A DNA stretch of 64,000 nucleotides from assembly GCA_963920595.1 (NCBI GenBank), contig OY986946.1, positions 7,502,001 to 7,566,000 on the forward strand, in the 5' to 3' direction. Below the pieces are notes generated by a model, which saw only the letters and a list, made by a program, of their open reading frames with translations, was not told the DNA's origin and did no database searches. Positions 49,310 through 64,000 of the stretch are shown here, in pieces (position 1 is the stretch's first letter; each line of letters opens with the position of its first letter). The translations under genes and the position numbers were made by a program. This DNA comes from Eimeria praecox (Eukaryota).

Positions 49310-49735
49310 GATACAGATAATAGGGACTGCTGCAGCGATTTAGCTTATGTATTAACGCTAGCTGTAGCATCTCCCTTCCGGTGTCAGGGTGTTGCTGCTT
49401 CTCTGCTGCAGCAGACTGTCTTGTATCTGAGGTCAGCAGCAAGTAAACGAGCAGCAGCAGCAGCAGCAGCAGGAGCAGCAGGAGCAGCAGCAGCAGCAGC
49501 AGCAGGAGCAGCAACAGGTTTATATCTTCATGTAGCTGATTATAACACAGCAGCAGTTAAGTTTTATCTACAAAATAAATTTAGTATTATCTCTCATCTC
49601 CCAGATTTTTATTCTATAGAGGGAAGGCCTTACGGGTCGTATTTGTGTTGTATGCATATACATGAAAACTGTGTTAGTTGCTGCGCGAGTAGACGGCGTG
49701 CTGCTGCTGCTGCTGCTGCTGCTGCTGCAGCACAA

Positions 49736-49784
<49 letters not shown>

Positions 49785-49879
49785 TTCTTGATAAACATAC
49801 ACGAGGATTTGTTAAGGGGTTAGAAGATATAGGAAGAGCTTTCAGAGCTGTTCGTGCTTCTTTCTCCGACTTCCTTTAA
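47285..49879 (+). CDS. NAA60: GNAT N-terminal acetyltransferase, NAA60/NatF-like, single exon
   Basis: Long ORF (first ATG at 47285) with LHAETFPFAYNEAFY, LAYVLTLAVASPFRCQGVAASLL, GLYLHVADYNTAAVKFY and HLPDFYSIEG. The C-terminal GFVKGLEDIGRAFRAVRASFSDFL looks amphipathic, favouring NAA60 over NAA50. Confidence 0.78.
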
Positions 49880-50094
49880 TCTGCTGCTGCTGCTGCTGCA
49901 GCAGCTGCTGCAGCAGCAGCTGCTGCTGCTGCAGCTGCTGTTGTAGCTGCTGCTGCTGCTGCTGCTGCAGACAGCCCCACAGTCGAACAGTACAGCTGCA
50001 GAATAAACAAGTACAAAAAACAAATAATAACAAATACAAACATCAAACGCTCAGACACCTACTGCAGCAGCAGCAACAGCAGCAGCAGCAACAA

Positions 50095-50125
<31 letters not shown>

Positions 50126-50503
50126 TGCTGCTGCTGCTGTCGCAGCAACAGCAACAGCAACAGCAGGAGATTTTAGTATTTGTCTACTCTTAAACGAAGA
50201 AGAGAGAAGAGAGAGAGAGAGAGAGGGAAGAGGAGAAATAGCTAGAACAAATAAAATAAATAAAATAAGATAAATAAAATGAATGGATAGAATAAACAGA
50301 ATAAATAAATAAATAAATAAATAAATAGTAGACATGAATATAAACCTCTCTACATTCTTGCTATTAAAACAAACAAAATTTTGTTTTTATTTATACAACA
50401 AGAAAAACATAGAAAGTTGTTTTTTGTATTTGTTTTTATTTTATCTAACTCTCTGACTCCCTCTTTTTCTAATCTTCATATATTATATTTAAAAGGAAAC
50501 AAA

Positions 50504-50580
<77 letters not shown>

Positions 50581-50649
50581 AACATATAGGGAGAGATACA
50601 GATATAGATATATATAGATATATATAAATATATCTATCTACCTATCTAC

Positions 50650-50690
<41 letters not shown>

Positions 50691-51481
50691 AGATATATAT
50701 ACATATAATGTATATACTGTATATATGTTATATATGTATATATATAAATACTGTTATATTTCTTATATCTCTTTACTTATATTTATAGTTATACCTCGCT
50801 TTTGTTTTTTTTATATTTGTACTTGTATTTGTATACAGATACAAATTATCTATTTATATACATAGATATAGATATAGATATATAGATATAGTTATAGATA
50901 TAGATAGATATGTAGGCAGGTAGATGTAGATAGATAGAGGTAGATGTTATGTGTTTGTGTCTTCTGTCTGTTTACAATTACTTCTCTCTTTTTGTTTTTA
51001 TTTTTTTATATTTTTGTTTTTGTTTATCTCTCTTCTTTTTTGATTTTGTCTTTCTTATACTTTTTTTATTTTTTATTTTATTTTTTTTTATTTTAATATT
51101 AATAATTTTAATAATAATAATAACAATAAGAATAATAAAAGTATATTATATATTTTGTTTCTTCTTTGAGAGAGTTTTTTGTATTAGACGTTCTTCTGTG
51201 TCTCTCACTATCAATTATTATTATTATTATTATATATTATTATTTATTAATTACTATTTATTACTATTTATTATAATCAATTATTATCTATTACCACTTA
51301 CTAATTAATATTAATTATTAATTTTATTTGTTAATTATTATTAATTATTATTTATTATTATTATTTATTATTATTATATTAATATTAATTATTAATTTTG
51401 ATTCTTGTCTATTGCTACTATTATTATTATCTCTTCGGAATCTTTGTCGTTATTATTAGTAATATTTTAATTACTATGATT

Positions 51482-51558
<77 letters not shown>

Positions 51559-51839
51559 TATGTATATATATATATAATTATATATGTATATATATTAGAA
51601 CAGATATATTAGATAAGAATACTAGTAATTCCTCTATAAAGGTATTGTTAAGACGAGATAATTATTTAAATATTTCGAATATAAAATAATTAAAATACAA
51701 GTAAATAATAATTATAATTATACTGCTTTTAATAATATACATTAATTAGTATATAAATAAATAATAAAATAAATAAAAACAAAAAAGAAATTAAAGAAAA
51801 AAGAAGATATAACAAATATATCTCCTTAATTAATCCTCC

Positions 51840-60747
<8,908 letters not shown>

Positions 60748-62869
60748 CGGGTCATTGCAGCTCCCTCGATTCTGTCTGTGCCTTCAAGCCCTTGTATATC
60801 TTCTTGTTTACATTTGCTCCTCCTTTATACATGTTTTGCTTTGATTTTATTTATATTTAATCAATAAACACCATATTTTGTAAGTAGAGAGCAACACCGC
60901 GATAATCCTACACACGACAGTGCCCAGGAGCTGCTAGTAAGGCAGCAGCAGCACAGCCTTTGTCTACAGCACTGGCTGTCTATGTTCTCTTCTTCGTTGT
61001 ACTAGAACGATTTAATAAATTAGTTTTATATTATTTATGCAATAATTTGAGTTTAATAAAAGGGTTTTCGTATTATTTCCACAGCAATTTGTTCTCTGCA
61101 GGATCCGCAGCTCGAGAAGTTTGCAAGAAAGCGAAATAGAAAATGTGCGATGGCAGCACAAGAAACATAAAACAGCAACACATTTGAGGTGTATCTACAC
61201 TGCAAAAGTGTAGACGGTAATACATTATTTCTCTGTTCTATGCACTGTTTGTCTTTGTAGAGAAAGGAGAATTCAGCTCGCCTGCAGAGACATAGAAATG
61301 CTGCTTCCCACCACTATATGTTCCTGTCTTCAACTCTTTTTTCTACTTTGACGTGCATGTATGTTGTTTATGAATGGATAGATAAGTGTATAATGCCTAT
61401 TTACAGTGTAGGGGCTTAAATAGAATGAGCTTGAAGGGAGATCCTACAGATGCTGAGGTTGATGTCACTACTCATACGCCTGCAAACGCGCAGGCTCAGT
61501 ATGAAGGATCTAGCACTGTGTTTAGATCTGTGTTTCGTTTGTTTTTGCAATGCTGGAAGAAAGAGAGTGTTCTATTATTGTCGAGGACCCTTGTGAGCTG
61601 CAATTGAGTCAAATATTCGGAGAAAATCGCACACAAAACAGCTAGAAACACACTTGTAGTGTAGCTTCCTGATTTCTTGTACTGAGGTGATTCGATAGAA
61701 CTCTCACGTCTGTCTTTAGATGTAGCGTTCATAGCTGTTGCAGCATTTGCTGCTGCAGATCTTTGTGTGCATGCATGTACAATAATATATATAATATGCT
61801 AGTATATTTTTTAAATGTAATTTAGATAGTATTTTAGAAGAAGCTGCTTGTTCCCCCGTAGTCATCTTGTAAGGAAACACGAATACGAGATGTAGAATCA
61901 GGCAAATCGTAACAGAGGAGGGAAGAAATAAAATCAAATCTGTTTGTGTATTCTCTTCATTAAATTCATCTTTCTATTTATTGCTGCTTGTAATTGTTTT
62001 CTGATAAGATGGAGGCTTTGAGTTAGAAGGCTTAAGCTGCTAGTACAGGACGATATGTATGAAGTTGGTGTTTGTGTTTCTGTTCATTTGCTGGCTGATT
62101 GATGAAAGCTAAGCAAATGTTTAATGACTGTTTACAGTACATTACATTATATTCTACAAAAGTGTAGCGCATGCAGCAAACAGATTACTTATGCATGCGG
62201 CAGCTGCTGCAGCAATATGAATTGCGTGCGTCTCTTGAGTGTGTTGCCTCCTTCTCTATGGGATTCTGATCCTTAAGATGGCAGTCTTGAGGAACGCAAC
62301 ATGGTAGAATGAAGATTATGTGATTTGTATTAACTCTTTATTCAACTATTTAAATAAATATTGTAGCTTTCCACTCTCCTCCGCTAAGATTCAGACCTTT
62401 CATTAGTCTACAATTAGTCTATATCATGAATACTACAGCAGCCAGCACCCAAAACATCGCCTTCTATGCACCTGTGATATCGAAAGCCTACACTTTTCAG
62501 GGTAAAACATTATACGATTAGAAACGATTCATCAGTTTTTATACAAGTATCGGCATCGAGGAGCCGTCTTGTTGGGGTCTAAGGCTTCATTTTCCAGGGC
62601 AAATCATGATGTGTGATTAAAAGCAATTCATGGATATTCCTTTAAGTTTAACTTCAATTAATTGTGCTTTGTTATACATGCTAACGCGCCCATCGAATGA
62701 AAGCCCCGTGCATGCGTTGCACAGATCCGCTGCTGCAGGGGCCCCGGATATATCGCCGGCAGGTGACAGACAAGCGGAAAGCGACGAGTTGAAGGTTACA
62801 TGTTATTGCTTTTTTTAGTTTAAAGAACGAGTTGCAGCAAATTCATATATTTCTTTCATATTTCGCAAA

Positions 62870-63965
62870 ATGTCACGAGCTGAGCCGGACGTGACGGTGC
62901 CTCCAGGCGACCCCAAGGCTGGCGCGAAGGTGTTTAAGGCAAAGTGCGCTCAATGCCACACTGTAAACAAAGGTAATTCATTTCTTTTTATTTATTTTAA
63001 TGTGAAGTATTTAATTTTATGCTTCTGAATGTGAAGCAGCAAACGGAAAGAAGGATAAACAAGTAGCCACCTCGGCGCTCGTCGAATACGCACACGAAGG
63101 TTTTGGTGATTTGTATTTGATTTACGTTTAATGTTTCGTCTCATTTAATTATTAAATTCGGATGTCTAATCCAATTTCGACTATATACTTTGTCTTCTGC
63201 AGTTTAAATGATCATAGGGGGACCTGCTGCACACGTTCTAGTCGATGGTGTTTGATTGTTGAATTCTTCATTTCCTTCTTGCTTTAGAGCATCATTTGTG
63301 GCTCTCCGCTTCTCTCGCCTTTTCTTCTTTTATCATTTATCTGTCTGTACTTCTCCGCTTGTATCATAGACTCGTTAATAAGCCTATTTGAGCGATTGAC
63401 CCTCCTCACGTCTACAGTTCATGAAGTTCATGAGGTCTTTGCATTTATTTATTTTGAGGATGCGTCTAACCATCGCTGCGGGTTGAAAGTTTCTCGCGAT
63501 GTTTGTCGGTTAGGTAAAGGTGCTTTTATTGTGTTTTTCTCTCGTATTCACTTTCTTTCCCCTCGGGATTTTCTCTGGAATATCACTCCTACTTGTAATA
63601 ATCATCATCACGATTATCATTGGTGGTGATCCGTTTATATTTCATCAGCATTTTGTTGTATGGTTGATATTTTCATGGGTATTTCTGTGTTTTTTTGCAT
63701 GTGTGCATGCATGCATGCAGGTGGCGCGGCGAAGCAGGGCCCAAATCTGTTTGGCTTTCTTGGGCGGGCTTCGGGTTCTGCGGATTTCCCTTACAGCGAG
63801 GCGAATAAGAATAGCGGTATTGTTTGGAGTGAGAAGCATCTGTGGGAATACCTTGTCAATCCAAGGTCGTACATTCCAGGGACGAAGATGGTGTTTGCAG
63901 GGATCAAGAAAGAAACAGAACGTGCTAATCTTATCGCTTATCTCGTTGAGGCCACAAAACCCTAA
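62870..63965 (+). CDS. CYCS: Mitochondrial cytochrome c
   Basis: join(62870..62972,63721..63965): [46 protein letters not shown]...[21 protein letters not shown]...EATKP*. Contains the CxxCH haem motif and the axial Met in PGTKM. Confidence 0.97.
63704..63719. promoter_or_regulatory. Overlapping TGCATGCA octamers (apicomplexan-enriched palindrome) at the cytochrome c acceptor
   Basis: TGCATGCATGCATGCAG directly precedes exon 2. Other copies lie at 47275 (just before the NAA60 ATG) and 61768. Function here is not shown. Confidence 0.45.
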
Positions 63966-64000
63966 ACAAACTCTAAATCCTCAGAGACAATCGTATAACC

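Noticed and set aside
61386..62818. Short ORFs between mnmG and cytochrome c
   Set aside because: They are under 80 aa with no recognisable motifs or splice structure, and are probably promoter or UTR sequence.

Overview
Eukaryotic, intron-rich genomic DNA with the signature of a coccidian parasite, most likely Eimeria. It carries dense (CAG/CTG)n repeats in exons and introns, interstitial telomere-like (AAACCCT/AGGGTTT)n arrays and TGCATGCA octamers. Almost all short ORFs in the track are repeat shadows. Manual, phase-checked splicing gives 11 protein-coding genes: a 5'-truncated ubiquitin-like/UBX-type protein (+), exosome RRP45 (-), an XLF/Cernunnos-like protein (-), CCDC97/DUF2052 (+), a CBM20 plus coiled-coil protein (+), SPO11 (-), an ODA docking-complex subunit (-), SEC12 ending in HDEL (+), a NAA60-like GNAT (+), a probably apicoplast-targeted MnmG/GidA (-) and cytochrome c (+). 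The repeat-rich segment ends abruptly at about 61 kb. The strongest candidate for something undescribed is the repeat-camouflaged XLF/XRCC4-superfamily gene at about 12.7-14.4 kb. Also notable is a repeat-based splice-site architecture: (CTG)nCAG acceptors, donors followed by telomeric heptamers, and introns bracketed by inverted heptamer arrays. All family assignments come from motif recognition by eye, not database searches.
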